Assembly (NCBI GenBank): GCA_025964715.1
Contig: JAOPYH010000305.1
Span: 7,485 to 71,484, forward strand
Direction: 5' to 3'
DNA length: 64,000 bases
Source of the DNA: Streptosporangiaceae bacterium
GTDB taxonomy: Bacteria > Actinomycetota > Actinomycetes > Streptosporangiales > Streptosporangiaceae
The notes under the pieces are model-generated. The model had not been told where the DNA came from and did no database searches. It saw only the letters and a program-made list of their open reading frames with translations. The translations under genes and the position numbers were made by a program. The first letter of the stretch is position 1. Every line of letters begins with the position of its first letter. Below, in pieces: positions 29,327 through 38,587 of this stretch.

Positions 29327-29362
29327 AGGGTCGCCGGATCGCTGGGACCGGCGACCCTTTGT
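29327..29362 (+). terminator. Intrinsic terminator-like hairpin
   Basis: 11-bp perfect stem AGGGTCGCCGG/CCGGCGACCCT followed by TTGT. Confidence 0.7.
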
Positions 29363-29590
29363 ACTGCCCTGGTGACAGTCCGCGAAAAGACCGGGCGTAA
29401 GTAAAGCCCCTGCCGACAGGGCCGGGACCCGGCCGAGAAATGTCGTCGCATTAGCCGCCTGGGATTCACGGCCCCTGGCGACACCATTCGGAAAGAGCTT
29501 TCCACTCAGCCTTGTGTCCGCTGGAAACCTTGTTTCCGAATCGGGATCGGCTGCCGGCGGGGGAATTGCCCGCCTACGGCAGCCCGCCGG

Positions 29591-30214
29591 TCAGGCTTCC
29601 GGTGGCGAGCCCATGTGGACGTGCAGTCCCTGCCAGCTGAAGTCCATGACATAGCGCGCGGCCTCCTCGGCCGTGACCTCCGGATGGCGCGCCAACCACA
29701 GCGAGACCCGCTCGCAGGCGCCGATGATGATTTCGGAGAAGGCCTCGACGGCCCTGGGCGTCGCGGCCGGGGCGAAGGCCGCGAGCAGGCCCGCGGTGAG
29801 ACCGGTCTGCTGCCGGCGGGTGGCCTCGATCGCGTCCGCCGTGGCGGCCGGGATCATCATCGGTTCCTGCGCGATGACGGCCATGGCCTGGGAATGCCGC
29901 TCCATGAAGGTGAAGTAGGCGAGAAGTCCTCGCCACAGCACGTCCTTGGGGGAGTCCGCCTCGGCCATGGCCTCCTGGGTGGCGTCGTACAGATCCGTCC
30001 GGATGCGCGTGGCGCAGGCGGACAGCAGCCCGTCCTTGGAGCCGAAGTATTCATAAAGCATCGGTTTGGAGACGCCGACCCGCTCGGCGATGTCGTCCAT
30101 CGAGGCGGCGCGGTAGCCCTGCTCCGCGAAGACCTCCTCGGCGATGTCCAGCATCTGCCGCTCCCGGTCGGCGCGCGACATCCGCCGGCGAGGTTTCTGG
30201 GAAGGCCTGCTCAC
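29591..30214 (-). CDS. TetR/AcrR family regulator
   Basis: HTH GYRAASMDDIAERVGVSKPMLYEYFGSKDGL. Confidence 0.93.
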   Translation of the reverse strand: MSRPSQKPRRRMSRADRERQMLDIAEEVFAEQGYRAASMDDIAERVGVSKPMLYEYFGSKDGLLSACATRIRTDLYDATQEAMAEADSPKDVLWRGLLAYFTFMERHSQAMAVIAQEPMMIPAATADAIEATRRQQTGLTAGLLAAFAPAATPRAVEAFSEIIIGACERVSLWLARHPEVTAEEAARYVMDFSWQGLHVHMGSPPEA

Positions 30215-30235
30215 CCAAGAACCATATCTCTAGAC

Positions 30236-30277
30236 CTACCGCCGGTAACCTACTCCTGGTAACTTACTCAGAGTAGG
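30236..30277. promoter_or_regulatory. Three tandem 14-bp palindromic operator units
   Basis: CTACCGCCGGTAAC, CTACTCCTGGTAAC, TTACTCAGAGTAGG between divergent TetR and monooxygenase. Confidence 0.7.
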
Positions 30278-30302
30278 TACTCGCCCGATGGAGGTTGACA
30301 CC

Positions 30303-31760
30303 ATGGGAGACGATCCGGCGATCGTCATCATCGGCTCTGGATTCGCTGGCCTGGGCATGGCGATCCAGCTCAAGAAGGCCGGGTTCCACGACTTCGTCAT
30401 CCTGGAGAAGAACGACGATCTCGGCGGGACCTGGCGCGACAACAGCTACCCCGGATGCGCCTGCGACGTCCCGTCGCACATGTACTCCTTCTCCTTCGAG
30501 CTCAATCCCGGCTGGTCCCGGATGTTCGCGCCGCAGCAGGAGATCTGGGACTACCTGCGCCGGTGCGTGGACAAATACCGCCTCGGCGCACACCTGCGCT
30601 TCAAGAGCACTGTCGACTCCATGGAGTGGGACGACGACGCGGGCCAGTGGCGGGTCAGCCTCGCGGACGGCGCGCGCTATAACCCGAAGGCCGTCATCTC
30701 GGGGATCGGGGCCTTGCACGTCCCGGCTTATCCGCAGATCCGGGGTGTGGAGCGCTTCACGGGGAAGACCTTCCACTCGGCGGGGTGGGACCATTCCTAT
30801 GACCTGCGGGGCAAGAGGGTCGCGGTCATCGGCACCGGCGCCTCGGCGATCCAGTTCGTGCCGCACGTGGCCGAACAGGCCGGACGGCTGCACCTTTTCC
30901 AGCGGACGCCGCCGTGGATCCAGCCCAAACCGGACGTCCCCTTCCCGGCCCCCGTCCGGCAGGCCCTCAGGCTCCCCGGAGCCGCACGGGCGCTGCGCAA
31001 CATCATCTACGGTGTGCTGGAGGCGCGGTCGGTCGGCTTCACGCTCAGCCCGCGGTTGTCCACGCCCATGCGGGAGATCGCCCTGCGGCACATCGCCGCC
31101 CAGATCCCCGACCCGCAACTTCGCGCCAAGGTCACGCCCGACTACACGATCGGCTGCAAGCGCATCCTGCTGTCCTCTGACTACTACCCGGCGCTCAACA
31201 GGCCCAATGTCGATGTGATCACCGATGGCATCACGGAGGTCACCGAGACCGGGATCGTGACGGCCGACGGATCGGCCTACGACGTCGACGTCATCATCTA
31301 CGGGACCGGCTTCAAGGTCACCGACACGCTCGCCCAGCAGCGCATCAACGGCCGCGGCGGACTCAAGATCCAGGAGGCCTGGGCCGACGGCATCGAGGCG
31401 CACCACGGCATCACGGTCCCGGGCTTCCCGAACTTCTTCATGCTCCTCGGCCCCAACACCGGGCTAGGCCACAACTCGGTCGTCTTCATGATCGAGACGC
31501 AGGTCAAGCACATCATGAGCTGCCTGCGGCTGCTGTCGGCGGAGAAGGGCCGGACCATCGAGCCCAAGGCGTCCGCCATGCGCCGGTTCAACGACCGGCT
31601 GCACCGGCGCCTGCGCAAGGCCGTGTGGAGTGAGGGCGGCTGCCAGAGCTGGTATCTCGATGAGAAGGGTGTCAACCGGACGCTGTGGCCGGGGTTCACC
31701 TTCGAATACTGGTCGGGGAGCCGGCGGGCGAAGCGCTCGGACTACACGATCACGGGCTAG
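30303..31760 (+). CDS. Flavin-containing (Baeyer-Villiger type) monooxygenase
   Basis: GSGFAG, GGTWRDNSYPGCACD, FHSAGWDH and GTGASA motifs. Confidence 0.93.
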   Translation: MGDDPAIVIIGSGFAGLGMAIQLKKAGFHDFVILEKNDDLGGTWRDNSYPGCACDVPSHMYSFSFELNPGWSRMFAPQQEIWDYLRRCVDKYRLGAHLRFKSTVDSMEWDDDAGQWRVSLADGARYNPKAVISGIGALHVPAYPQIRGVERFTGKTFHSAGWDHSYDLRGKRVAVIGTGASAIQFVPHVAEQAGRLHLFQRTPPWIQPKPDVPFPAPVRQALRLPGAARALRNIIYGVLEARSVGFTLSPRLSTPMREIALRHIAAQIPDPQLRAKVTPDYTIGCKRILLSSDYYPALNRPNVDVITDGITEVTETGIVTADGSAYDVDVIIYGTGFKVTDTLAQQRINGRGGLKIQEAWADGIEAHHGITVPGFPNFFMLLGPNTGLGHNSVVFMIETQVKHIMSCLRLLSAEKGRTIEPKASAMRRFNDRLHRRLRKAVWSEGGCQSWYLDEKGVNRTLWPGFTFEYWSGSRRAKRSDYTITG

Positions 31761-32401
31761 CCGACGGAGAACAGCGGCCCGAGGCCGGCGACGAGCTGCC
31801 TGATGACCGGCCGCTGTTCCTCCACCGACTGGCCGTACAGGCCCAGGACCGAATCGATCCCGTCGTAGTACGGCGCGAGCGCCACGTGCTGGAACAACAT
31901 GAGGGCGAGCGTGGTGAGCACCTGCGAGTCGGCGTCCGCACGGATCTTGCCGGCGTCCCGCCACAGCTGCAGCATGGGTTCGATGATCTGCAGGTAGTGC
32001 TGGTTGGTGGTCTCGCGGACCAGGCCGCGGACCCCGGTGTCCAGCTCGTGGGTGCCGGCCGCGGTCATGCCCCGTTCGAGCGGATGGTCGGCGATGAATT
32101 CGCTCCACTCGCAGAAGACGTCGACCAGCCAGTCCTCGAAGGGCTGGTCGAAGTCGAGGCCACCGACCCTGCGCTCCATCTCCTCGCGCACCCGGCGGCA
32201 GACGTCGTCGCAGACGTAGGCGAACAGCTCCTGCTTGTCGTTGAAGTAGCGGAGCAGCACGGACTCCGGGATTTCGGCCTCGAGGGCGATGCTGCTCAGA
32301 CTGCCGGTCGAGAATCCATGCGTGCCGAATTCCCGCATGGCCGCGTTGACCACACGCTCACGCTGTGCCACATTCAGCCGGAACCAGGTCGATGTAGGCA
32401 T
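31757..32401 (-). CDS. TetR/AcrR family regulator (divergent HTH)
   Basis: AAMREFGTHGFSTGSL..IA..YFNDKQELF N-terminus. Confidence 0.8.
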   Translation of the reverse strand: MPTSTWFRLNVAQRERVVNAAMREFGTHGFSTGSLSSIALEAEIPESVLLRYFNDKQELFAYVCDDVCRRVREEMERRVGGLDFDQPFEDWLVDVFCEWSEFIADHPLERGMTAAGTHELDTGVRGLVRETTNQHYLQIIEPMLQLWRDAGKIRADADSQVLTTLALMLFQHVALAPYYDGIDSVLGLYGQSVEEQRPVIRQLVAGLGPLFSVG

Positions 32402-32553
32402 GAATCTTCAGCTTCCCTATGAAGTCGTGACCGGAGGGTCAGATTACCGGTACGACCGGTATATCCGTGCATGACTTCGCCGGACGAGGAAAGCGTTTTC
32501 GGCGACCACTGCCAGGACTGCGGTATCGCCGGTACGAGGGTGTGGCTTGCCGG

Positions 32554-33456
32554 TCAGTACCAGTGGTGTGCCTGCCAGAAGGCCCACGCCTTGCAGGGGT
32601 CGCCGTACCGTGCCTCGACGTACCCGAGGCCCCAGGAGATCTGGGTGCTGGCGTTGGTCTGCCAGTTCGGCCCGGCGGAGGCCATCTTCGAGCCGGGAAG
32701 CGCCTGCGGGATGCCGTAGGCGTCACTCCCGGGGTTGTCGGCGTGCTCGTTCCAGCCGCTCTCGTGGTTCCACATCGTCAGCAGCGAGGGCCAGCAGCCC
32801 GACCATCCCTTGAGGGCGTTCATCTGCTTGCCGATCGCCTTGTTCTGCGCCGCCGAGGTGTTGCTCAGACGGGCCAGCGCGGCGGCCGAGCGGGAGGCGC
32901 GGGCGCGGGCGCGGGCCGCGGCGAGCGCCTTGGCTCTGGTCTTGGCATGCAGGGCGTCACGCTTGGCCTTCTCCCGGGCCAGGCGTTCGGTCTTCACCTG
33001 CTGCTGGTAGGCGCGCTCCTTGGCCCGCGCGATGGCCGCGGCCTCCACGGGGCTCATCTGCGACTTGTTCATGAGGGCGAGCATGTCGTTGGTGGACATG
33101 TTCTCCGTGCCGGCCGGCGGTTTGCCCCCGCCGGGGCTCAGGTAGACCACGGCCACGATGAGGAGGACGGCGACCGCCGACATGATGGTCACGGTATGGG
33201 TGAGGACCCGCCGGACGATGCCCGGCTCTCCGTCCTCGCGCTCTCGCCGCTTCCGGGGCACGGTCCGGGACGGCGGCCTGCGCTGCGAGGGCTTGGCCTT
33301 GCGCTGTGGCCCCGTCCGCCGCTCGGTTGCGGGGTCCCGCTCGGCCCTGGCCTTCTGTGGTGACCCTGGCTTCTGACCTGGGCGCCGCGGCCTTGACCCG
33401 CCTTGCGGCTCCCGCTCCTGGGGCCGCGGGCGCGTGGTCTCCTGAGGTTCCCGCAT
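32554..33456 (-). CDS. Membrane-anchored lytic transglycosylase-like protein (aggregation-promoting-factor-type C-terminus)
   Basis: Basic N-terminal tail, TM, coiled coil, HESGW..NP.S.AYGIPQALPGSKM..RYG..WY; start uncertain. Confidence 0.85.
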   Translation of the reverse strand: MREPQETTRPRPQEREPQGGSRPRRPGQKPGSPQKARAERDPATERRTGPQRKAKPSQRRPPSRTVPRKRREREDGEPGIVRRVLTHTVTIMSAVAVLLIVAVVYLSPGGGKPPAGTENMSTNDMLALMNKSQMSPVEAAAIARAKERAYQQQVKTERLAREKAKRDALHAKTRAKALAAARARARASRSAAALARLSNTSAAQNKAIGKQMNALKGWSGCWPSLLTMWNHESGWNEHADNPGSDAYGIPQALPGSKMASAGPNWQTNASTQISWGLGYVEARYGDPCKAWAFWQAHHWY

Positions 33457-33702
33457 GAACACGTAGATTGCACCATGTTCATGCTCGTTCGCTCGGTTTT
33501 CGACAATCTTCTTCGGCAATCACGTTCGGCCCGTGCGCGAGCGGCACCACGACCGTACTCGCACGAAGGCTCCCGCGCAGGAGGACGTGGCGTTACGCAA
33601 AGCCCCAGGCGCGGCTGCTCCTCGTGGTGGAATGGGGGAGTTTCGGGGAGGAGAGGCGGCAGATGCCCGCCCTCGGCTGACCCGGCCCTGCCCACAGCCG
33701 GG

Positions 33703-34308
33703 TCAGCGGGAGTAGTACTCCACCACCAGCTGCTCGTCACAGATGACCGGAACCTCGGAGCGTTCCGGCACGTGGGTCAGCCGGGCGGCGAGCGCCTCGG
33801 GCCGTACCTCCAGGTACGACGGGTGCGCCTCCGCGTACGCACCGGTGGCGGCGATCTGGAACGGCGTCATTTCCCGGCTCTTGTCGGCGATCGTGATCAC
33901 ATCGCCCGGCCGCAGCCGGTAGGACGGTTTGTCCACCCGGCGGCCGTTCACGAGTACGTGCCGGTGCACCACGAACTGCCGGGCCTGGTAGATCGTCCGG
34001 GCGAAGCCCGAGCGGAGCACGAGGGCGTCCAGGCGCGACTCCAGGTCGGCGATCAGCGCCTCCCCGGTCTTTCCCGTCCTGTGCGCGGCGCGGTCGAAGG
34101 CCCTGCGCATCTGCGCCTCACGGATGTTGTACTGCGCCCGCAGCCGCTGCTTCTCTCGTAGCCGGACCTTGTAGTCGGACTCCTGCTTGCGGGCCCGGCC
34201 GTGCACACCCGGTGGATAGGGCCGGCGCTCGAAGTAGGGCACGGCCTTGGGCGTCAGCGGGATGCCCAGTGCGCGGGACAGGCGCACCTTGGGGCGGGAC
34301 CTGTTCAT
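33703..34308 (-). CDS. rpsD: 30S ribosomal protein S4 (no zinc-ribbon Cys motif)
   Basis: YPPGVHG, SDYKVRLREKQRLR, LESRLDALVLRSG, ARQFVVHRH, VDKPSY, LVVEYYSR; GGAGGAGG RBS. Confidence 0.96.
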   Translation of the reverse strand: MNRSRPKVRLSRALGIPLTPKAVPYFERRPYPPGVHGRARKQESDYKVRLREKQRLRAQYNIREAQMRRAFDRAAHRTGKTGEALIADLESRLDALVLRSGFARTIYQARQFVVHRHVLVNGRRVDKPSYRLRPGDVITIADKSREMTPFQIAATGAYAEAHPSYLEVRPEALAARLTHVPERSEVPVICDEQLVVEYYSR

Positions 34309-34372
34309 GGCCCTCCTCCACGACCGATGGGAAGTGCCTTTCGGGCACTGCGCTTTGCGGAACTGCTTGTTC

Positions 34373-34396
34373 ATACCCACTGGTCGGACGACATGC
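34373..34396 (-). promoter_or_regulatory. SigB/SigF-family promoter candidate GCAT-N14-GGGTAT
   Basis: Minus strand GCAT (34396-34393), 14-nt spacer, GGGTAT (34378-34373) upstream of rpsD. Confidence 0.45.
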
Positions 34397-34423
34397 CGGT
34401 TCTCAGACCCGGCGGGCGAGGTG

Positions 34424-35635
34424 TCAGCTGGCCTTCGCGAGTGCCTGTTCGAGATCGGCCCAGATGTCCTCGGGGTGCTCGATTCCGACGGCGATCCGTA
34501 CGGTGCCGTCGCCGAAGCCCGCCGCCGCGAGCGCCGGCCCGTCGAACTGCCGGTGCGAGGTGCTGGCGGGGTGGATCACCAGCGTCTTGACGTCACCGAG
34601 CGAGGGAGTGAGCGAGGCCAGCCGTACGGCCTCGATGAACGTACGGCCGGCCGCGCGGCCGCCGGCCAGCTCCAGGGACAGCACGCCTCCCGCGCCGGAC
34701 AGCACGCGAGCCGCGACCTCGCGGTCGGGGTGCGAGGGCAGCCCGGGATAGTGCACAGCCGTCACCGCGGGGTGCGTGGTGAGCCGCTCGGCCATCAACT
34801 GCGCATTGGAGCAGTGCCGCTCGAGCCGCAGCGGCAGCGTGGCGAGCCCGCGCAGGATCAGCCACGCGGCGAACGGGTCGGCGGTCGCGCCCAGCTCGAT
34901 CGCGTGGTCCCACACCTCCCGCAGCCGGTCGGGGTCGGCGAACACGGCGACACCGCCCAGCACGTCGGCGTGCCCGCCGAAGTACTTGGTGGCGGAGTGG
35001 ACGACGATGTCGGCGCCGTGCTCGATCGGCCGGCACAGCAGCGGGGTGGCGAGGGTGTTGTCGACGACGCTGACGACTCCGGGGGCGGCGGCGATCAGGG
35101 CCGGCTGGTCCACGACCTGCGTCGTCGGGTTGGCGATCGTCTCGAGGTACAGCACGCGGGTCCGCGGCCGCAGCGCCGCCCGGACCTCCTCGGGGTCGTC
35201 GCCGGACACGTACGTCACCTCGACGCCCCACCGGTCCGCCAGGTCGCGCAGCATGGCGTACGTGCCGCCGTACAGGCATCGCTGGGCGATCACGTGGTCG
35301 CCGCTCCGCAGCAGGCCGTGCAGGACGGAGCTGATCGCACCCATCCCGGAGCCGGTGGCGAGGGCGCCCGCTCCGCCCTCCAGATCCGCGACGGCGTCCT
35401 CCAGGGCCCGGACGGTGGGGTTGGCCAGGCGGCTGTAGAGGAACGCGCCCCGGGTCACGGCGCCGTCGCCGTGCCCGGCCACCTGGGGAGGCCCGTCGAA
35501 GGCCGCGGCCAGCGCGTCCGCGTCGTCGAACGCGAACATGCCGCTCTGGTAGAGCGGCACGCCGAGCGGCCTGCTCGTGCTCGGCTGGGGAACGGTGACG
35601 TGGACGGCGCGGGTGTCACGGTGATGCTGGTTCAT
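34424..35635 (-). CDS. Trans-sulfuration PLP enzyme (Cys/Met metabolism family)
   Basis: YSRLANPT, GSGMGAI, ETIANP, VDNT, HSATKYFGGH. Confidence 0.92.
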   Translation of the reverse strand: MNQHHRDTRAVHVTVPQPSTSRPLGVPLYQSGMFAFDDADALAAAFDGPPQVAGHGDGAVTRGAFLYSRLANPTVRALEDAVADLEGGAGALATGSGMGAISSVLHGLLRSGDHVIAQRCLYGGTYAMLRDLADRWGVEVTYVSGDDPEEVRAALRPRTRVLYLETIANPTTQVVDQPALIAAAPGVVSVVDNTLATPLLCRPIEHGADIVVHSATKYFGGHADVLGGVAVFADPDRLREVWDHAIELGATADPFAAWLILRGLATLPLRLERHCSNAQLMAERLTTHPAVTAVHYPGLPSHPDREVAARVLSGAGGVLSLELAGGRAAGRTFIEAVRLASLTPSLGDVKTLVIHPASTSHRQFDGPALAAAGFGDGTVRIAVGIEHPEDIWADLEQALAKAS

Positions 35636-35707
35636 GAGGACCAGCCTGCGTGCGGCCGAGACAAAATGACAGTGCCCATCCGGTGCGGTGTTCGGCACGC
35701 TCTCAAC

Positions 35708-36769
35708 TCACAGGTAGAAGCCCGTGGGCGAGGTGGGCCGGCGCGCCGTGATCTGCTCCTCGCCGTTGCGCAGTGCCAGGAGCTCGGCCAGGGTCGCCCC
35801 GTCGGGGTTCAGCCCGGCGGAGTCGCCGAGCCACGCGGCCGCCTCATCGTAGGGCAGCGCGCCGATCTCCAGCTGGGCCAGACAGCGGCCTGGCCGGATG
35901 ACGGCCGGATGCAGCTGGGAGAGTTCCTCGTTGCTGGTGATGGCCACCAGCACGTCACGCCCCTGGCCCAGCAGCCCGTCGGTGAGGTTGAGCAGCCGGG
36001 ACAGGGCCTGCCCGGTCGCGTGCTTGGCCTCACCGCGGATCAGCTCGTCGCAGTCCTCGAGGATGAGCAGCCGCCAGCGGCGCTTCTCCTCACCTTCGTC
36101 GTCCTCGCCGACCGCGACCTCCATGAGATAGCCGGGCTCGGCGAACAGCCGCTCAGGGTCCAGCACGCAGTCGACCTGGCACCACGAGCTCCACTCCCGG
36201 GCGAGCGAGCGGAGGGCGGTGGTCTTGCCCGTGCCGGGCGGCCCGTGCAGGAGGATGAGCCGCCCCTTGATCGCGGCCGCCGTGAGTCCCATGACCCGGT
36301 CGAGGGCCTTGATGACCGTGCTGGAGTAGTTCTGGCGGATCCTGTCCCACGGCTCCGCGGAGATGGACCGCTCATTGCGCAGGCCACCGCTCAGGGCGGT
36401 GAGATACCAGAAGCCCATCTGCACGTGCTCGTCCTCGGCCGGCGTGGCCTCGCTCGCGTCCCGCGTCGCCTCCTCCAGGACGCTCTTGGCCAGCTCTTCG
36501 CTGACCGCGGTGACCTCGACCTGTGCCGTGCCGCCATGCCAGCGGACCGCGCGGAGCGTCCAGCCGTCCCCGCCGGCGAGCATCGAACGGCGGCCGTCGT
36601 GCTCGCTCATCGTCCGCAGGACCTGGCCATGGGCCGGCCGCAGCGGAGCGTCGGAGCGGACCCGCTCCAGCCGGGCGGAACGCGCGTACGGCTGCGCGCC
36701 CGTGATGAACGGCTCCAGTGCCAGCGCGTCGATGACGTCGCGGGTGGTGTCGTTGGTGTCGTAGTTCAT
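35708..36769 (-). CDS. AAA+ ATPase with DUF5925-like N-terminus
   Basis: Walker A HGPPGTGKTT, Walker B LILEDCDE, LLNLTDGLLGQG, RPGRC. Confidence 0.85.
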   Translation of the reverse strand: MNYDTNDTTRDVIDALALEPFITGAQPYARSARLERVRSDAPLRPAHGQVLRTMSEHDGRRSMLAGGDGWTLRAVRWHGGTAQVEVTAVSEELAKSVLEEATRDASEATPAEDEHVQMGFWYLTALSGGLRNERSISAEPWDRIRQNYSSTVIKALDRVMGLTAAAIKGRLILLHGPPGTGKTTALRSLAREWSSWCQVDCVLDPERLFAEPGYLMEVAVGEDDEGEEKRRWRLLILEDCDELIRGEAKHATGQALSRLLNLTDGLLGQGRDVLVAITSNEELSQLHPAVIRPGRCLAQLEIGALPYDEAAAWLGDSAGLNPDGATLAELLALRNGEEQITARRPTSPTGFYL

Positions 36770-36794
36770 CGTCGGCGGGAGCGCCTCCGCCGGC

Positions 36795-37544
36795 TCACCG
36801 GAGACTGCGGGCCTCTTTCTCCTTACGGTCCAGCTCGGTGGCCTCTTCCGGAGTGGGCGCCGAGCCCCCGAGATAGGCCGGCTGCCACCAGGTCTCACCG
36901 TCCTCCGGCTTATCGGGGTACTCCCGCTGGGCCTTCTCCAGCAGCTCCGACATCTGGGCCCGCAGCTCCTTGGCGACCTGCTCGAAGTCGTCACCGCGCT
37001 TGGGGTGCATCGGCTCGCCGACCAGGATCGTGATCGGGACCTTCCGCTGGAACAGGCGGCGCGGACGTCCCTTGGTCCACAGCCGCTGGCCGCCCCACAC
37101 AGCCATCGGGATCATCGGGACTCCGGAGGCCGCGGCCATGCGGATCGCGCCGTTCTTGATGTCCTTGATGGTGAAGGACCGGCTGATCGTGGCCTCGGCG
37201 AAGACCCCGATCACCTCGCCGTCCTTGAGCGCCTGCAGAGCCGCGCGATAGGACGAGGCCCCGGCGTCGCGGTCCACCGGGATGTGGTGCATCCCGCGCA
37301 TGAGCGGCCCGGACACCTTGTTGGAGAAGACCTCCTTCTTCGCCATGAAGCGCACCAGGCGCTTCGCGGGGAGGGCCCCGTACCCGGCGAAGATGAAGTC
37401 CAGATAGCTGACATGGTTGCTCACGAGGACCGCGCCGCCCGTGCGCGGCACCTTGTCGGCCCCCTCGACCCGGAAACGCAGACCAAGGACGCGGAAGATG
37501 GTGCGCGCCGCCGTGAGGACCGGCGGATATACGATCTCGCTCAT
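36795..37544 (-). CDS. Lysophospholipid acyltransferase (PlsC family)
   Basis: NHVSYLD, RFMAK and FAEATISR motifs. Confidence 0.92.
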   Translation of the reverse strand: MSEIVYPPVLTAARTIFRVLGLRFRVEGADKVPRTGGAVLVSNHVSYLDFIFAGYGALPAKRLVRFMAKKEVFSNKVSGPLMRGMHHIPVDRDAGASSYRAALQALKDGEVIGVFAEATISRSFTIKDIKNGAIRMAAASGVPMIPMAVWGGQRLWTKGRPRRLFQRKVPITILVGEPMHPKRGDDFEQVAKELRAQMSELLEKAQREYPDKPEDGETWWQPAYLGGSAPTPEEATELDRKEKEARSLR

Positions 37545-37558
37545 AGCGGAACCGTAAC

Positions 37559-38587
37559 CTAACCAGTGCCGGTGATCAGCCTTTCGGCGGCGAAATGGCA
37601 TGCGCTCGGATGTCCGGAACCCGGCCGGATCACGAGCTCGGGCTCCTCGGTGGCGCAGACGTCACGAGCCATCCAGCAGCGCGTCCGCAGCCGGCATCCC
37701 GACGGCGGGTCGAGTGGCGAGGGTGGATCTCCCTCCAGCATGATCTGGTCCGCCCACCCGGGCGCGTCCGGGTCGGGCACCGGCACCGCCGACAGCAGTG
37801 CCTGGGTGTACGGGTGGGTCGGGTGGTCGTAGATCTCGGTCTCGTCCCCGAGTTCGACCACCTTGCCGAGGTACATCACCGCCACTCGATCGGAGATGTG
37901 GCGGACGGCCGCGAGGTCGTGGGCGATGAAGACGTAGGAAAGGCCCAGCTCACGCTGCAGCTCGGCCAGCAGGTTCATCACCTGGGCCTGCACAGACACG
38001 TCCAGCGCCGACACCGGCTCGTCACACACCACGACCTCGGGCCGCAGCGCGAGCGCGCGGGCGATCCCGACGCGCTGCCGCTGGCCCCCGGAGAACTGGT
38101 GGGGGTAACGGCTCACATGGCCCGGATCGAGGCCCACCAGCTCGAGCAGCTCCCGCACCTTGGCGCGGCGCTCGCCCTTGGGCGCCACCTCGGGATGGAT
38201 CTCGAAGGGCTCCCCGACGATGTCCCCCACGGTCATGCGCGGATTCAGCGAGGAGTACGGATCCTGCAGCACCATCTGGATCCGCCGGCGCAGCGCGCGG
38301 AGCTCGCGGCGCGGCAGCGCGAAGATGTCCTGCCCGTCGAACCGGACGGTGCCGGAGGTCGGCCGCTCGGCCGCCAGCAGCAGCCGGGCCAGGGTCGATT
38401 TTCCGCAGCCCGACTCGCCCACCACGCCGAGTGTCTCGCCGCGGCCGAGCTGCAGGTCGACTCCGTCGACGGCCTTCACCCGGCCGACCTCGCGTTTGAA
38501 CAGCACGCCCTGCGTCACGGGGAAATGCTTGACCAGCCCCTCGACCTCGAGGATGGGCGTGGATCCCGCGTCACTGGGAGACGGCAC
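37559..38587 (-). CDS. Oligopeptide ABC transporter ATP-binding protein (OppF/DppF)
   Basis: [34 protein letters not shown]; GAGGAGG RBS. Confidence 0.93.
   Translation of the reverse strand: MPSPSDAGSTPILEVEGLVKHFPVTQGVLFKREVGRVKAVDGVDLQLGRGETLGVVGESGCGKSTLARLLLAAERPTSGTVRFDGQDIFALPRRELRALRRRIQMVLQDPYSSLNPRMTVGDIVGEPFEIHPEVAPKGERRAKVRELLELVGLDPGHVSRYPHQFSGGQRQRVGIARALALRPEVVVCDEPVSALDVSVQAQVMNLLAELQRELGLSYVFIAHDLAAVRHISDRVAVMYLGKVVELGDETEIYDHPTHPYTQALLSAVPVPDPDAPGWADQIMLEGDPPSPLDPPSGCRLRTRCWMARDVCATEEPELVIRPGSGHPSACHFAAERLITGTG

Noticed and set aside
29440-29465. CGCCTGGG as a ZTP riboswitch 3' element
   Set aside because: No matching 5' aptamer and no downstream plus-strand gene
34247-37033. 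928-aa plus-strand ORF
   Set aside because: Antisense shadow of the trans-sulfuration and AAA genes
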